From the human T2T-CHM13v2.0 reference genome, Homo sapiens: DNA of 64,000 nt. The stretch lies in assembly GCF_009914755.1 (NCBI RefSeq), contig NC_060938.1; one strand, 5' to 3'. The position numbers and the translations under genes are program-made. This document shows, piece by piece, positions 43,781 to 58,945 of the stretch. The first letter of the stretch is position 1, and each line of letters begins with the position of its first letter. The notes under the pieces are model-generated. The model ran no database searches. It saw only the letters and a program-made list of their open reading frames with translations, and was not told where the DNA came from.

Positions 43781-46670
43781 GAATGGAATGAACTGGCCTC
43801 GAATGCAATAGAATGGAATGAAAACCGCTCGAGTCTAATGGAATGGAATGGAATACCATGGAATGGAATGGAATGGAATTAAATGGAATGAAGTGGCTTA
43901 GAATGCAATAGAATGGAATGCAATCAACTCGAGTGGAATGGAATGCAAGGGAATAGAATGGAATGGAATGGAGTGGAATGCAATAGAATGGAATGGAAAC
44001 AACTGGAGTGCAATGAAATATAATGAAATGGAATTAAATGGAATTCAATAGAATGGAATGGAATGGAATCAACTCGAGAATATTTGAATGGATTGGAATG
44101 GAGTGGAGTGGAATGGAATGCATTTTAATTGAATGGACCTAAAAAGATTGGAATGGAATGGAATGGAATGGAATGAATTGGACTCGAATGCAATAGAAAG
44201 GAATGGAACCAACTCGAGTGGAAGAGAATGGAATGGAGCGAAATGGAATGGAATGGAATTGAATGGAATGAATAGAATGGAATGGAATCAACTCTAGTGT
44301 CATGGAATGGAATGAAATGGAAAGGAATGCAATAGAATGGAATGGAATGGAATGGAATGGAATGGAATGGAATGGAATGGAATGAAGTGGCCTCTAATGC
44401 AATAGAATAGAATGGAATCAACTCAAGTATAATGGAATGGAAAGGAATGGAATGGAATGGAATGTAATAGAATGGAATGGAATCAACTCGAATGGAATGG
44501 AATGGAATGCAATAAAATGGAATGGAATCAAGTCAAGTGGAATGGAATGGAATGGAATGGAATAGAATGGAATGCAATAGAATGGAGTACAATAGAATGG
44601 AATTTAATCAACTCGAGTGGAGTGGAATGGAATGGAATGGAATGGAATGGAATGGAATGGAATGGAATGCAATTGAATGGAATGGAAAAATCACGAGTGA
44701 AATGGAGTGGAATGGAATGGAATGGAATGGAAAGCTATAGAATGTAATGGAATCAACTCCAGTGGAATGGAATGGAATGGAACGGAATGCAATTGAATTG
44801 AATGGACCAGAAAAGAATGGAATGGAATGGAATGGAAATGAATGGAATGAAGTGGCCTCGAACGCAATAGAAAGGAATGGAATTAATTCGACTGGAATGG
44901 AATGGAATGGAATGGAATGCAATGCAATAGAATGGAATGGAATCAACCCGAGTGGAATGAAATGGAATGGAATGGAATGCAATGGAATGCAATATAATGG
45001 AATGGAATCAACTCGAGTGGAATGGAATGGAAAGCAATGCAATTGAATTGAATGGATCCGAAAAGAATGGAATGGAATGGAATGGAATGGAACTGAATGG
45101 AATCAAGTGGCTTTGAATGCAATAGAATGGAATGGAATCAACTGGAGTGGAATGAAATGGAATGGAATGGAGCGGAATGGATTTCAAATGAATGGAATGG
45201 AAAGGAATGCAAGAGAATGGAATGGAATGGAATGGAATGGAATAAAGTGGCTTTGAGTGTAATAGAATGGAAAGCAATCAACTCGAGTGGAATGGAGTGG
45301 AATGTAATGTAATATAATGGAATGCTGTAGAATGGAATGGAAACAACACGGGTGGAACGGAATGGAATGCAATGGAATGGAATGGAATGGAGGGAACTAG
45401 TGTGGAATGGAATGAAATTGAATGGAATGGAATGAAATGCAGTGGAATGGAATGGAATGAAATGCAGTGGAATTGAATGGAATGAAAAGCAATAGAATTG
45501 AATGGAATCAACCGCAGTGGAATGGAATGGAATGGAATGAAATTAAATAGCATAGAATGGAATCCACTGGAGTGGAATGGAATGGAACGGAATTAAATGG
45601 AATGGAATGGAATGGAATGAAATGGAATGGAAGGGAATGGAATGCAATAGAATGGAATGGAATGAACTCAAGTGGAAAGAAATGGACTGGACTGGAATGG
45701 AATGCAATGGAATGGAATGCAATAGAATGGAATGGAATCAAGTCAAGTGGAATGGAACGGAATGCAATGGAACGAAATGAAATGGAATGCAGTAGAATGG
45801 AATGAAATCAAATCGAGTGGAATGGAATGCAATGGAGTAGAATGGAATGGAATGGAAAGGAATGGAATGGCATGGAATGGAATGCAATAGAATGGAATGG
45901 AATCAAATCGAGTGGAATCGAATGGAATGCAATGGAATTGAATGGAATGGAAATGAATGGAATACAATAGAATGGAATGGAATCAACTCGAGTGGCATGG
46001 AATGGAATGGAAAGGAATGGAAGGGAATGCAATAGAATGGAATGGAATCAACTCGAGTGGCATGGAATGGAATGGAATGGAATGGATTGGAATGGAATGG
46101 AATGGAATGTGATAGAATGGAATGGAATGGAATGGAATGAAGTGGCCTCAAATGCAATAGAATGGAATGGAATGAACTCGAGTGGCATGGAATGGAATGG
46201 AATGGAATGGAATGGAATGCAATAGATTTGAATGGAATCAACACGAGTGGAATGGTATAGAATGCAATGGAATGGAATGGAATGGAATGGAATGGAATGG
46301 AAAAGAATGCAATAGAACAGAAGGGAATCAACTAGAGTGAATGGAAAAGAATGGAATGTATTTGAATGGAATGGAATTGAATGGAATGCAATAGAATTGA
46401 ATGGAATCAAATCGAGTGGAATGGAATGGAATGGAATGCAATAGATTGGAAGCGAATCAACTCGAGTGGCATGGAATGGAACGGAATGGCATGGAATGGA
46501 ACGGAATGGCATAGAATGGAATGGAATGGAATGGAATGGAATGGAAAGGAATGGAAAGGTAGGTAAAAGAAAGGAATGGAACGGATGGGAATGAAGAGTC
46601 CTCGAATGCAATAGAATGGAATGGAATCAAACCCTGTGGAATGGAATGAAATGGAATGGAATGGAATGGA

Positions 46671-46860
46671 ATGGAATGGAACGGAACGGAAAGGAATGGA
46701 AGGGAATGGAATGGAATGGAATGGAATGGAACGGAACGGAAAGGAATGGAATGGAATGGAATGGAATGGAACGGAACGGAAAGGAATGGAAGGGAATGGA
46801 ATGGAATGGAATGGAATGGAACGGAACGGAACGGAAAGGAATGGAAGGGAATGGAATGCA
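46671..46860 (+). repeat. Low-complexity expansion of a 40/50-bp unit ACGGAACGGAAAGGAATGGA(A/T)GG
   Basis: ACGGAACGGA occurs at 46681, 46731, 46771 and 46821. Confidence 0.8.
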
Positions 46861-49800
46861 ATAGAATGGAATGGAATGAAATGGAAGGGAATGGAATGGA
46901 ATGGAATGAAATGGAATGGAATGCAATGAAATGGAATCAACACGAGTGGCATGGAATAGAATGCAGTGCAATGGAATGGGATGGAATGGAAAGGAATGGA
47001 ATGCAATAGAATGCTATGGAATGGAATGGAATGAAGTGGCCTCTAATGCAATAGAATGGCATGGCATGGAATGGAATGGAATGGAAAGGAATGGAATGGA
47101 ATGGAATGCAATAGAATGGAATGGAATCAAATATAGTGGAATTTAATGGAATGGAATGGAATGGAATTCAATGGAATGGAATGCTAAGGAATGGAATGGA
47201 ATGGAATGGAATGGAATGCAATAGAATGGAATGGAATCAATTCGAGTGGAATAGAACGGAATAGAATGGAATGCAATGGAATGGAATGGATTGGAATGGA
47301 ATGCAATGGAATGGAATGGATTGGAATGGAATGGAATGCAATGGAATGGAATGGAATGGAATGGAATGGAATGCAATACAATGGAATGGAATCAACTGGA
47401 GAGGAAAGGAATGGAATGGAATGGAATGGAATGGAATGCTATAGAATGGAATGGAATGAAGTGGCCTCGAATGCAATAGAATCAACCCGAGTGGAATGGA
47501 ATGGAATGTAACAGAATGGAATAGAATGGAACACAACGGAATGGAATGGAATGGAATGCAATAGAATGGAATGCAATGGAATGGAATGGAATGCAATACA
47601 ATGGAATGGAATCAACTCGAATGGAAAGGAATGGAATGCAATGGAAGGGAATGGAATGGAATGCAATGGAATGGAAAGGAATGGAACGGAATGCAATAGA
47701 ATGGAATGGAATTAACTCGAGTGGAATGGAATGGAATGGAATTTAATGGAATGCAATAGAATGGAATGGATTAAACTCGAGTGGAATGGAGTGGAATGGA
47801 ATTGAAAGGAATTGAATGGAATGCCATAGAATGGAATGGCATCAACTAGAGCGGAATGGAATGGAATGGAAAGGTATGCAATGGAATGCAATAGAATGGA
47901 AAGGAATCAACTTGAGTGGAATGGAATGGAATGCATTTAATTTGAATGGACCCGAAAAGAATGGAATGAATGGAATGGCATGGAAAGGAATGGAATGAAG
48001 TGGCCTCAAATGCAATAGAATGGAATGGAATCAATTCGAGTGGAATGGAATGGAATGGGATGGAATGGAATGGAATGGATGGGAATGGAATTTAATGCAA
48101 TGCAATAGAATGGAAAAGAATCAACACGAGTGGAATGGAATGGAATGGAATGGAATGGAATGCAATGCAATGCAATGTAATGGAATGGAAAGGAATGCAA
48201 AGGAATGAAATGTAATGGCATGCAATAGAATGGAATTTAATAGACTCGAGTGGAAAGGAATCGAATGGAATGGAAGGGAATGGAATGGAATGGAATGGAA
48301 TGCATTTAAAATGAATTTATCCGAAAAGAAGGGAATGGAATGGAATGGAATCAAGTGGCCTTGAATGCAGTATAATGGAATGGAAACAACTCAAGTGGAA
48401 TGGAATGGAAGTGAATGGAATGGAATGGAACACAATAGAATGGAATGCAATGGGATGGAATGAAGTGGCCTCGAATGTAATAGAATGGAATGGAATCAAC
48501 TCGAGTGGAATGCAATGGAATGGAGTGGACTGGAATGGAATGGAATAGAATGGAATAGAATCAACTAGAGTGGAATGGAATGGAATGGAATGGAATCGAT
48601 TGGAAGGCATTTGAATTGAATGTATCCAAAAAGTATGGAATGGGAAAGAATGGAATGGAATGAAGTGTCCTCGGATACAGTAGAATGGAATGGAATCAAC
48701 TAGAGTGGAATGGAATGGAATGGAATGCAACAGAATGGACTGTAATCAACTCGAATGAAATGGAATGGAATGGAATGAAATGCAATAGAATGGAATGGAA
48801 TCAACTCGAGTGGAATGGAATATAATGGAATGGAATAAAATGGAATAGAATACAGTGGAATAGAATGGAATAAACTCAAGTCGAATTGAAAGGAATGGAA
48901 TGGAATGAAATGGAATGGAATGGAATAGAATAGAAGGGAATCGAATGTATTTGCATTGAATGGACTTCAAAAGAATGGAATGGAAAGGAATGGAATGGTA
49001 TGAAGTGGCCTCGAATGCAACAGAATGGAATGGAAACAACTCGAGTGGAATGGAATGGAAGGGAATGTAATGGAATGGAAGGGAATGCAATGGAATGGAA
49101 TCAACTCGAGTGGAATGGAATGGAGTGGAAAGGAATGGAATGTTTTGGAATGGAATTGAATGCAATAGAATGGAATGGAATAAACTCGAGAGGAATGGAA
49201 TGAAATGGAATGTAAAGGAATGGAATTGAGTGTAAGAGAATGGAATGGAATCAACTCAAGTGGAACGGAATGGAGTGGAATGTAATGGAATGGAATGGAA
49301 CGGAATGGAATGGGATTAAATAGAATGGAATGGAATTTAATGGAATGCAATAGAATGGAATGGAGTGGAATGGAATGAAGTGGTCTCGAATGCAATGGAA
49401 TGGAATGGAATCAACTCGGGTGGAATGGAATGGAATGGAATTCAATAGAATGGAATGCAAACAACACGAAAGGAATGGAATGGAAAGAAATGGAATGGAA
49501 AGGGATGGAATGGAATGGAATAGAAAGCAGTGAAATGGAATGGAATGCAATGGAACGGAATGCAATTAAATGCAATATAAAGTAATGGAATCAACAGGAA
49601 TGGAAAAGAGTGGAATGGAATGGAATTAAATGGAATGGAATGGAATGGAATGGAATTGAATATAATGGAATTGAATGGAATGCAATAAAATGGAAAGGAA
49701 TCATCTCGAGAGGAATGGAATGGAATATAGTGGAATGGAATGGAATGAAATAGAATGGAATGGAATCAACTAGAGTAGCATGGAATGGAATGGAATGGAA

Positions 49801-52800
49801 TGGATTGGAATGGAATGGAATGGAATGGAATGAAATAGAATGGAATAGAATCAACTCGAGTGGAATGGAGTGGAATGGAATGCAATAAAATGGAATGGAA
49901 TCAACTCGAATGCAATGGAATGGAATTGATTGGAATGGAATGGAAGGGTATGGAATGCAATAGAATGGAATGGAATCAACTCTAGTGGAATGGAATGGAA
50001 TGGAATGGAATGGAATGGAATGGAATGGAATGGATTGGAGTGGAATCAACCCAAGTGGAAAGGAATGGAATGAAATGGAATGGAATGGAATAGAATGGAA
50101 TGGATTGGAATGGAATGGAATTGAATGGAATGGAATGGAATGGAAAGGAATGGAATGCAATACAGTGCAATGGAATGGAATTGGAAGACGTGGCCTCGAA
50201 TGCAATAGAATGGAAAGTAATTAACCGGAATGGAATGGAATGGAATGGAATGGAATGCAATAGAATGGAGTGGAATCAACTCGAGTGGAATGCAATGGAA
50301 TGGAAGGGAATTGAATGGAATGTAGTGGCCGTGACTGTAATAGAATGGAATGGAATCAACTCGAGTGGAATGGAATGCAATGGAATGAAATGGAATGGAA
50401 TGGAAGGCAATAGAATGGAATGGAATCAACTCGAGTGGAATGGAATATAATGGAATAGAATGGAATGGAATGGAATGGAGTAGAATGGAATGGAATGGAT
50501 TGGAATACTTTTGAATTGAATGGACCTCGAAAAAATGGAATGCAATGGAATGGATTGGAATGGAAAGGAAAGGAACGGAATGGAATGGAATGAAGTGGTC
50601 TCGAGTGCAATAGAATGGAATGGAATCAACTCGAGTGGAATTTAATGGAATGGAATTGAATGGACTGGAAAGAAATGGAATGGAAGGGAATGGAAAGCAA
50701 TAGAATAGACTGGAATCAACTCGAGTGGAATGGAATGGACTGAAATGGAATGGAATGGAATGGAGTGGAATGGAAGCAATAGAATGGAAAGGAATCAACT
50801 CGAGTGGAATGGAATGGATTGGAATGTAATGTAATGGAATGGAACGCAATAGAATGGAATGGAAAGGAATGAAGTGGCTTTGAATGCAATAGAATGGAAT
50901 GGAAATGAATGGATTAGAGGGGCCTCGAAAACAATGGAATGGAATGGAATCACCTTGAGTGGAATGGAATGAAACGGATTTGAATGGAGTGGAATGGAAT
51001 GAAATGGAATGGAATGCATTTGAATTGAATGGAGTCGAAAATAATGGAATAGAACGGAATGAAATGAAATAAAGTGCCCTCGAATGCAATAGATTGGAAT
51101 GGAATCAACTCGAGTGGAATGGAATGGAATGGATTGGAATTGAATGGAATGCAATGGAATGGAATGGAAGGGAATGGAATGCAATAGAATGGAATGGAAA
51201 CAACTCGAGTGGAATGGAATGGAATGGAATGCAATGGAATGGAATGGAAGGCAAAACAATGGAATGGAATCAACTCGAGGGGATTGAAATGGAATGGAAT
51301 GGAAAGGAATGCAATAGAATGGAATGTAATCAACTCCAATGGAATGGAATGGAATGGAATGGGATGGAATGCAATGGAATCAACTAGAATGGAATGGAAT
51401 GGAATGGAATGGAATGGAATAGAAAGTAACGGAATGGAATGGAATGATGTAGCATTGATTGCAATAGAATGGAATGGAATCAACTCTACTGGAATGGAAT
51501 GGAATGGAATAGAATGGAATGCAATAGAGTTGAATGGAATATAATGGAATTGAGTGGAATGGCATGGAATGAAATGGAAGGGAATGGAATGCAATAGAAA
51601 GGAGTCTAATCAACACGAGTGGAATCGGATGGAATGGAATGGAATGGAATGCAATAGAATGGAATGGAATCAACCCTAGTGGAATGGAATGGAATGGAAT
51701 GGAATTGGAATGGAATGGAATGGAATGGATTGGAATGGAATCCACCCGAGTGGAAAGGAATGCAATGGAATGGAATGGAATGGAATGGAATGGAATGGAA
51801 TGGAACGGAATGCAATAGAATGGAATGGAATGAAGTGGCCTAGAATGCAATAGAATGGAAAGGAATTAGCTCGAGTGGAATGGATTGGAATGGAATGGAA
51901 TGGATTGGAATGGAATACAATAGAATGGAATGGAATCAACTGGAGTGGAATGGAATGGAATGGAATGGAACAGAATGGAATGCAATACAATGAAATGGAA
52001 TCAATTTGAGTGGAATGGAATGGAATGGAATGGAACAGAATGGAGTGGAATCAACTCGAGTGGAATGGAATGGAATGGAATGAAAAGGAGTGCAATGGAA
52101 TGGACTGGAATGGAAAGCAATGGAATGGACTGGAATGGAATGCAATAGAATGGAATGGAATCAACTCGAGTGTAAAGGAAAAGAATGGAATGGAATGGAA
52201 TTGAATGGAATGGAACGGAAGGGAATGCATCTAAATTGAATGGATCAGAAAAGAATGGAATGGAAAGGAATGGAATGATGTGGTCTTGAATGAAATAGAA
52301 TGGAATGAAATCAACACGAGTTGAATGGAATGGAATGGAATGGAATGGAATGGAATGGAATGGAATGGAATGGAAAGGAATGCAATAGAATGCAATGGAA
52401 AGGAATAGCATAAAGTGGCCTCGAATGCAATAGAATGGAATGGAATCAACTCGAGTGGAATGGAGTGGAAGTTAATGTAATATAATGGAATGGAATGGAA
52501 TGGAAAGGAACGGAATGGAATGGAATGGAATGGAATGAAATGGAACGGAATGCAGTATAAAGGAATGGAATTAACTCGAGTGGAATGGAATGCAATGGAA
52601 TGGAACCAAATGGAAAGGAATTGAATGGAATGCAAGAGAATGGAATGGAATCAACCGGAGTGAAATGGAATGGAATGGAATGGAATGCAATAGAATGGAA
52701 TGGAATCAACTAGAGTGGAATGGAATGGAATGGAATGGAATGGAATGGAATGGAATGCAATGCAATGGTATGAAGTGGCCTCGAATCCAATAGAGTGGAT

Positions 52801-52990
52801 TGGAATCAACCCGAGTGGAAAGGAATGGAATGGAATGGTATTGAATGGAATGGAATGGAAAGGAATGGAATGGAATGGAATGGAATGGAATGGAACGGAA
52901 TGGAATGCTACAGAATGGAATGGAATCAACTAGAGTGGAATGGAATGGAAAGGAATGGAATGGAATGCAATAGAATGGAATGGAATGGAA

Positions 52991-53080
52991 TCAACTTGAA
53001 TGGAATGGAATGGAATGGCATGGAATGGAATGGAATCAACTTGAATGGAATGGAATGGAATGGCATGGAATGGAATGGAA
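52991..53080 (+). repeat. 45-bp tandem duplication
   Basis: TCAACTTGAATGGAATGGAATGGAATGGCATGG starts at 52991 and again at 53036. Confidence 0.85.
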
Positions 53081-54730
53081 TGGAATCAACTGCAATGAAT
53101 GGAATGGAATGGAATGGAATGCAGTAGAATTCAAAGGTATCAACTCGAGTGGAGAGAAAGGAATGGAATGGAATGCAATAGAATGGAATGGAGTCAACTC
53201 GAGTGGAATGGAATGGAATGGAAAACATTCGACTTGAATTGACCAGAAAAGAATGGAGTGGAAGGGAATGCAATGGAATGGAATGGAATGGAATCAAGTG
53301 GCCTCAAATGCAATAGAATGGAATGGAATCAACTCGGGTTGAATGGAATGAAATGGAATGGAATGGAATGAAATCAACAAGAGTGGAATGGAATGGAACG
53401 TAACAGAATGCAATAGAATGGAATGGAATAAACTCGAGTGGAATGGAATGGAATGGAATGCAATGGAATGGAATGGAATGGAATGGAGTGGAATGGAATG
53501 GAATGGAATGCATTTGAATTGAATGGACCCGAAAATAATGGAATAGAATGGAATGGAATGGAATGGAATTGGATGGAATGGAAAGAAGTGGCATCGAATG
53601 CAATAGAATCGATTGGAATCAACTCGGGTTGAATGGAGTGGAATAGAATGAAATGGAATGGAATGTAACAGAATAGAATGGAATCAAATCGAGCGGAATG
53701 GAATGGAATGGAATGGAGTGGAATGGAATGGAATGGAATGCAATAGAATGGAATGGAATCAACTCGGGTGGAATGGAATGGAATGGAATGGATGGAATGG
53801 AATGGAATGCAATTGAATAGAATGAAATCAATTAGAGTGGAATGGAATGGAATGGAAAGCATTTGAATTGAATTGACCAGAAAGGATTGGAATGGAATGG
53901 AATGGAATGGAATGGAATGGAATGGAATGGAATGGAATGGAGTGACCTCGAATGGAATAGAATGGAATGTAATCAACTCGGGTTGAATGGAATGAAATGG
54001 AATGGAATGGAATGGAATGCAATCAACTCGAGTGGAATGGAATGGAATGGAATGGAATGGAATAGAATTCAATAGAATGGAATGGAATCAAATCGAATGG
54101 AATGGAAAGGAATAAAAAAAAAACTCCAGTGGAATGGAATGGAATGGAATGGAATGCAATGCAATAGAATGGAATGGAATCAACTTGAGTGGAATGGAAT
54201 GGAATGGAATGGAATTGAATACAATGGAATGGAAACAACACGAGTGGCATAGAATGGAATGGAATGGAATGCAATAGAATGGAATGGAATAAACTCGAGT
54301 GGATTGTAATGGAATGGAGTGGAATGGAAGGAAATTCAATTCAATGGAATGGATTCAACCCGAGTGGAATGGAAAGATAGCAATGGAATGGAATGGAATG
54401 GAATGGAATGGAATGGAATGGAATGGAATGCAATAGAATGGAATAGAATCAACTCGAATGGAATGGAATGGAATGGAATGGAATGGAATGGAATGGAAGG
54501 GAATGCAATAGAAAGGAATGGAATGGAATGGAATGAAGTGGCCTCAAATGCAATAGAATGGAAAGGAATCAACTCGAGTGGAATGGAATGGAATGGAGTG
54601 GAATGGAATGGAATGGAATCAACTCGAGTGGAATGGAATGGAATGGAATAGAATGCAATAGAATGGAATGGAATACACTCGAGTGGAATGGAAAGGAATG
54701 TAACGGAATGGAATGGAATGGAATGGAATG

Positions 54731-54840
54731 CATTCGAATTGAATGGACTCGAAAATAGCGGAATGGAATGGAATGGAATGGAATGCATTCGAATTGAATG
54801 GACTCGAAAATAGCGGAATGGAATGGAATGGAATGGAATG
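54731..54840 (+). repeat. Perfect 55-bp tandem duplication
   Basis: CATTCGAATTGAATGGACTCGAAAATAGCGGAATG... starts at 54731 and 54786 and is identical over 55 nt. Confidence 0.92.
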
Positions 54841-55814
54841 GAAAGAAGTGGCCTGGAATGCAATAGAATGGATGGGAATCAACTCGGGTTGAATGGAGTG
54901 GAATAGAATGAAATGGAATGGAATGCAACAGAATGGAATAGAATCAAATGGAGAGGAAAGGAATGGAATGGAGTGGAAAGGAATGGAATGGAATGGAATG
55001 GAATGGAATGCAATAGAATGGAATGGAATCAACAAGGGTGAAATGGATTGGAATGGAATGGAATGGAATGAAATGGAAAGAAGTGGCCTCAAATGCAATA
55101 GAATGGATTGGAATCAACTCGTGTTGAATGGAGTGGAATAGAATGAAATGGAATGGAATGCAACAGAATGGAATGGAATCAAATCGAGTGGAATGGAATG
55201 GAATGGAATGGAATGGAATGGAATGGAATGGAATGGAATGGAATCAACTCGATTGGAATGGAATGGAATGGAATGGAATGGAATGGAACAGAATGGAATG
55301 GAATGGAATCGAATGGAATCGAATGGAATGGAATGCATTTGAATGGAATGGACCTGAAGAGATTGGATGGAATGGAATGGAATGAAGTGGCTTCGAAATA
55401 AATAGAATGGAATGGAATCATCTCTAGTGGAATGGAATGGAATGGAATGAAATGGAATAGAATGGAAAGGTATCAACTCGAGTGGAATGGAATGCAATGG
55501 AATGGAATGGAATGCAATAGAATGGAATGGAATCAACTCGAGTGGAATGGAATGGAATGTATTGGAATGGAATGGAATGCATTAGAATGAAATGGAATCA
55601 ACTCGAATGGAATGGAATGGAATGGAATGGAATGGAATGGAATGGAATGGAATGCATTTTAATTGAATGGACCCGAAGAGATTGGAATGGAATGGAATGG
55701 AAAGAAGTGGCTTGGAAAGCAATAGAATGGAATGGAATCATCTCTAGTGGAAAGGAATGAAATGGAATGGAATGGAATGCAATGGAATTGAATGGAATGC
55801 TATAGAATGGAATG

Positions 55815-57090
55815 GAATCAACTCGAGTGGAATGGAATGGAATGGAATGCAAAGGAATGGAATGGAATGGAATGGAATGCAATATAATGGAAAAGAATCA
55901 ACTCGAGTTTAATGGAATGAAATGGAATGGAATGGAAGTTAATGGTCTGAATTTGAATTGAATGGACCCGAAGAGAATGGAAGGGAATGGAATGGAATGA
56001 ATTGGTCTCGAATGCAATAGATTGCAATGTAATCATCTCGAGTGGAATGAAGTGAAATGGAATGGAATGGAATGGAATGGAATGCAATAGAATGGAAAGG
56101 TATCAACTCGAGTGGAATGTAATGTAATGTAATGGAATGGAATGGAATGGAATGAAATGCATTGGAAGGGAGTGGAATAGAATGGAATCAACTCGACTGG
56201 AATGCAATGGAGTGGAATGGAATGGAATGGAATGGATTGCAATGCAGTGAAATGGAATGCAATAGAACAGAAAGGAATGGAATGGAATGAAGGGGCCTCA
56301 AATGCAATAGAATGGAAAGGAATAAGCTCGACTGGTATGGAGTGGAATGGAGTCAACTTGAGTGGAATGGAATGGAATGGAATGCAATAGAATGGAAAGG
56401 TATCAACTCGAGTGGTATGGAATGGAATGGAATGGAATGGAATGGAATGCAAAGGAATGGAATGGAATGGAATGGAATGCAAAGGAATGGAATGGAATGG
56501 AATGCAATGCAAAGGAATGGAATGGAATGGAATGGAATGCAATAGAATGGAAAAGAATCAACTCGAGTTGAATGGAATGGACTGGAATGGAATGGAAGTT
56601 AATGGTCTGAATTTGAATTGAATGGACCCGAAGAGAATGGAAGGGAATGGAATGGAATGAATTGGTCTCGAATGCAATAGATTGCAATGTAATCATCTCG
56701 AGTGGAATGAAGTGAAATGGAATGGAATGGAATGGAGTGGAATGAAGTGAAATGGAATGGAATGGAATGGAATGGAATGGAATGGAATGCAATAGAATGC
56801 AATAGAATGGAAAGGTATCAACTCGAGTGGAATGGAATGGAATGGAATGGAATGGAATGGAATGCATTGGAAGGGAGTGGAATAGAATGGAATCAACTCG
56901 ACTGGAATGTAATGGAATGCAATGGAATGGAATGGAATGGAATGGATTGCAATGCAGTGAAATGGAATGCAATAAAACAGAAAGGAATGGAATGGAATGA
57001 AGGGGCCTCGAATGAAATAGAATGGAAAGGAATCAGCTCGACTGGTATGGAATGGAATGGAATCAACTTGAGTGGAATGGAATGGAATGG
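55815..57090 (+). repeat. Tandem duplication of ~0.6-0.7 kb
   Basis: AATGGAAGTTAATGGTCTGAATTTGAATTG occurs at 55931 and 56591 (offset 660). AGGGGCCTC occurs at 56291 and 57001, and ACTGGTATGG at 56331 and 57041 (offset 710). Confidence 0.9.
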
Positions 57091-58863
57091 AATGGATTGG
57101 AATGCAATGAAATGGAAAGGAAAGAAATGCATTTGAATTGAATGGACACGAAAGAATTTGAATGGAATGGAATGGAATGGAAGGAAGTGGCCTCGAATGC
57201 AATGTAATGGAATGGACACAACTCGGTTGGAATGGAGTTGAATGGAATGGAATGGAATGGAATATAATGCAATAGAATGTAATGGAATCAACTTGAGAGG
57301 TATGGAATTTAATGGAATGGAATGGAATGGAATGCAATGGAAGGGAATGGAATCTACTCGAGTGGAATGGAATGGAATGGAATGGAATGGAATGGAATGC
57401 AATAGAATGGAATGGATTCAACTAGAGTGGAATGGAAAGGAACTGAATGGAATGGAATGGAATGCCATAGAATGGAATAGAATCAACTCGAGTGGAATGG
57501 AATGGAATGGAATGCAATAGAATGGAATGGAATGGAATGGAATGGAATGGAATGGAATGGAATGGAATGAAGTGGCCTCAAATGCAATAGAATGGACAGG
57601 AATAAACTCGAGTGGAATGGAATGGAATGGAATCAACTCGAATGGAATGCAATGCAATGGAATGGAATGGAATGGAATGCAATAGAATGGAATGAAATCA
57701 ATTAGAGTGGAATGGATTGGAATGGAATGGAATTGAATGGAATGAGGTGGTCTTGAATGCAATAGAATGGAATGGAATCTTCTCGAGTGGAATGGAATGG
57801 AATGGAAAGAAATGGAATGGAATGGAATAGAATGGAATGGAATGCAGGAGAATTGACTGGTATCAAATCGAGTGGAATGGAAAGGAATGGAATGGAATGG
57901 AATGGAATGGAATGCAATAAAATGGAATGGAATCAACTCAAGTGGAATGGAATGAAATGGAATGGAATGGAATAGAATCAACTCGAGTGCAATGGAATGG
58001 AATGGAATAGAATGCAAGAGAATGGAATTTAATAAACTCGAGCGGAATGGAATGGAATGTAACGGAATGGAATGGAATGGAATGGAATGCAATGCAATGC
58101 ATTTGAATTGAATGGACCCGAAAATAATGGAATGGAATGGAATGGAATGGAATGGAAAGAAGTGGCCTCGAATGCAATAGAATGGATTGGAATCAACTTG
58201 GGTTGAATGGAGTGGAATAGAATGAAATGGAATGGAATGCAACAGAATGAAACGTAATCAAATCGAGTGTAATGGAATAGAATGGAATGGAATGGAATGC
58301 AATGCAATAGAATGAAATGGAATCAACTCGATTGGAATGGAATGGAATGGAATGGAATGGAATGGAATGGAATGGAATGGAATGGAATGCATTAGACTGG
58401 AATGGAATCAACTCGAGTGGAATGGAATGGAATGGAACAGAATGGAATGGAATGAAATTCAATGCAATTGAATGGAAAGGTATCAACTCGAGTGGAATGG
58501 AATAGAATGGAATGGAATGCAATAGAATGGAATGGAATCAACTCAAGTGGAATGGAATGGAGTTGAATGGAATGGAAGAGAATGGAATGGAATGGAATGG
58601 AATGGAATGGAATGGAATGCAATAGAATGGAATGGAATCAATTCGAGTGGAATAGAATGGAATGGAACAGAATGGAATGGAATGCATTAGAATGAAATGG
58701 AATCAACTCGAATGGAATGGTATGGAATGGATTGGAATGGAATGGGATGGAGTGGAATGGAATGCATTTGAATTGAATGGACCTGAAGAGATTGGAATGG
58801 AATGGAATGGAATGAAGTGGCTTCGAATGCAATAGAATGGAATGGAATCATCTCTAGTGGAAT

Positions 58864-58945
58864 GCAAAGGAATGGAATGGTATCTCGAGTGGAATGGAAT
58901 GGACTGCAAAGGAATGGAATGGTATCTCGAGTGGAATGGAATGGA
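58864..58945 (+). repeat. 42-bp tandem duplication that breaks the pentamer phase
   Basis: GCAAAGGAATGGAATGGTATCTCGAGTGGAATGGAATGGA starts at 58864 and again at 58906. Confidence 0.85.
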
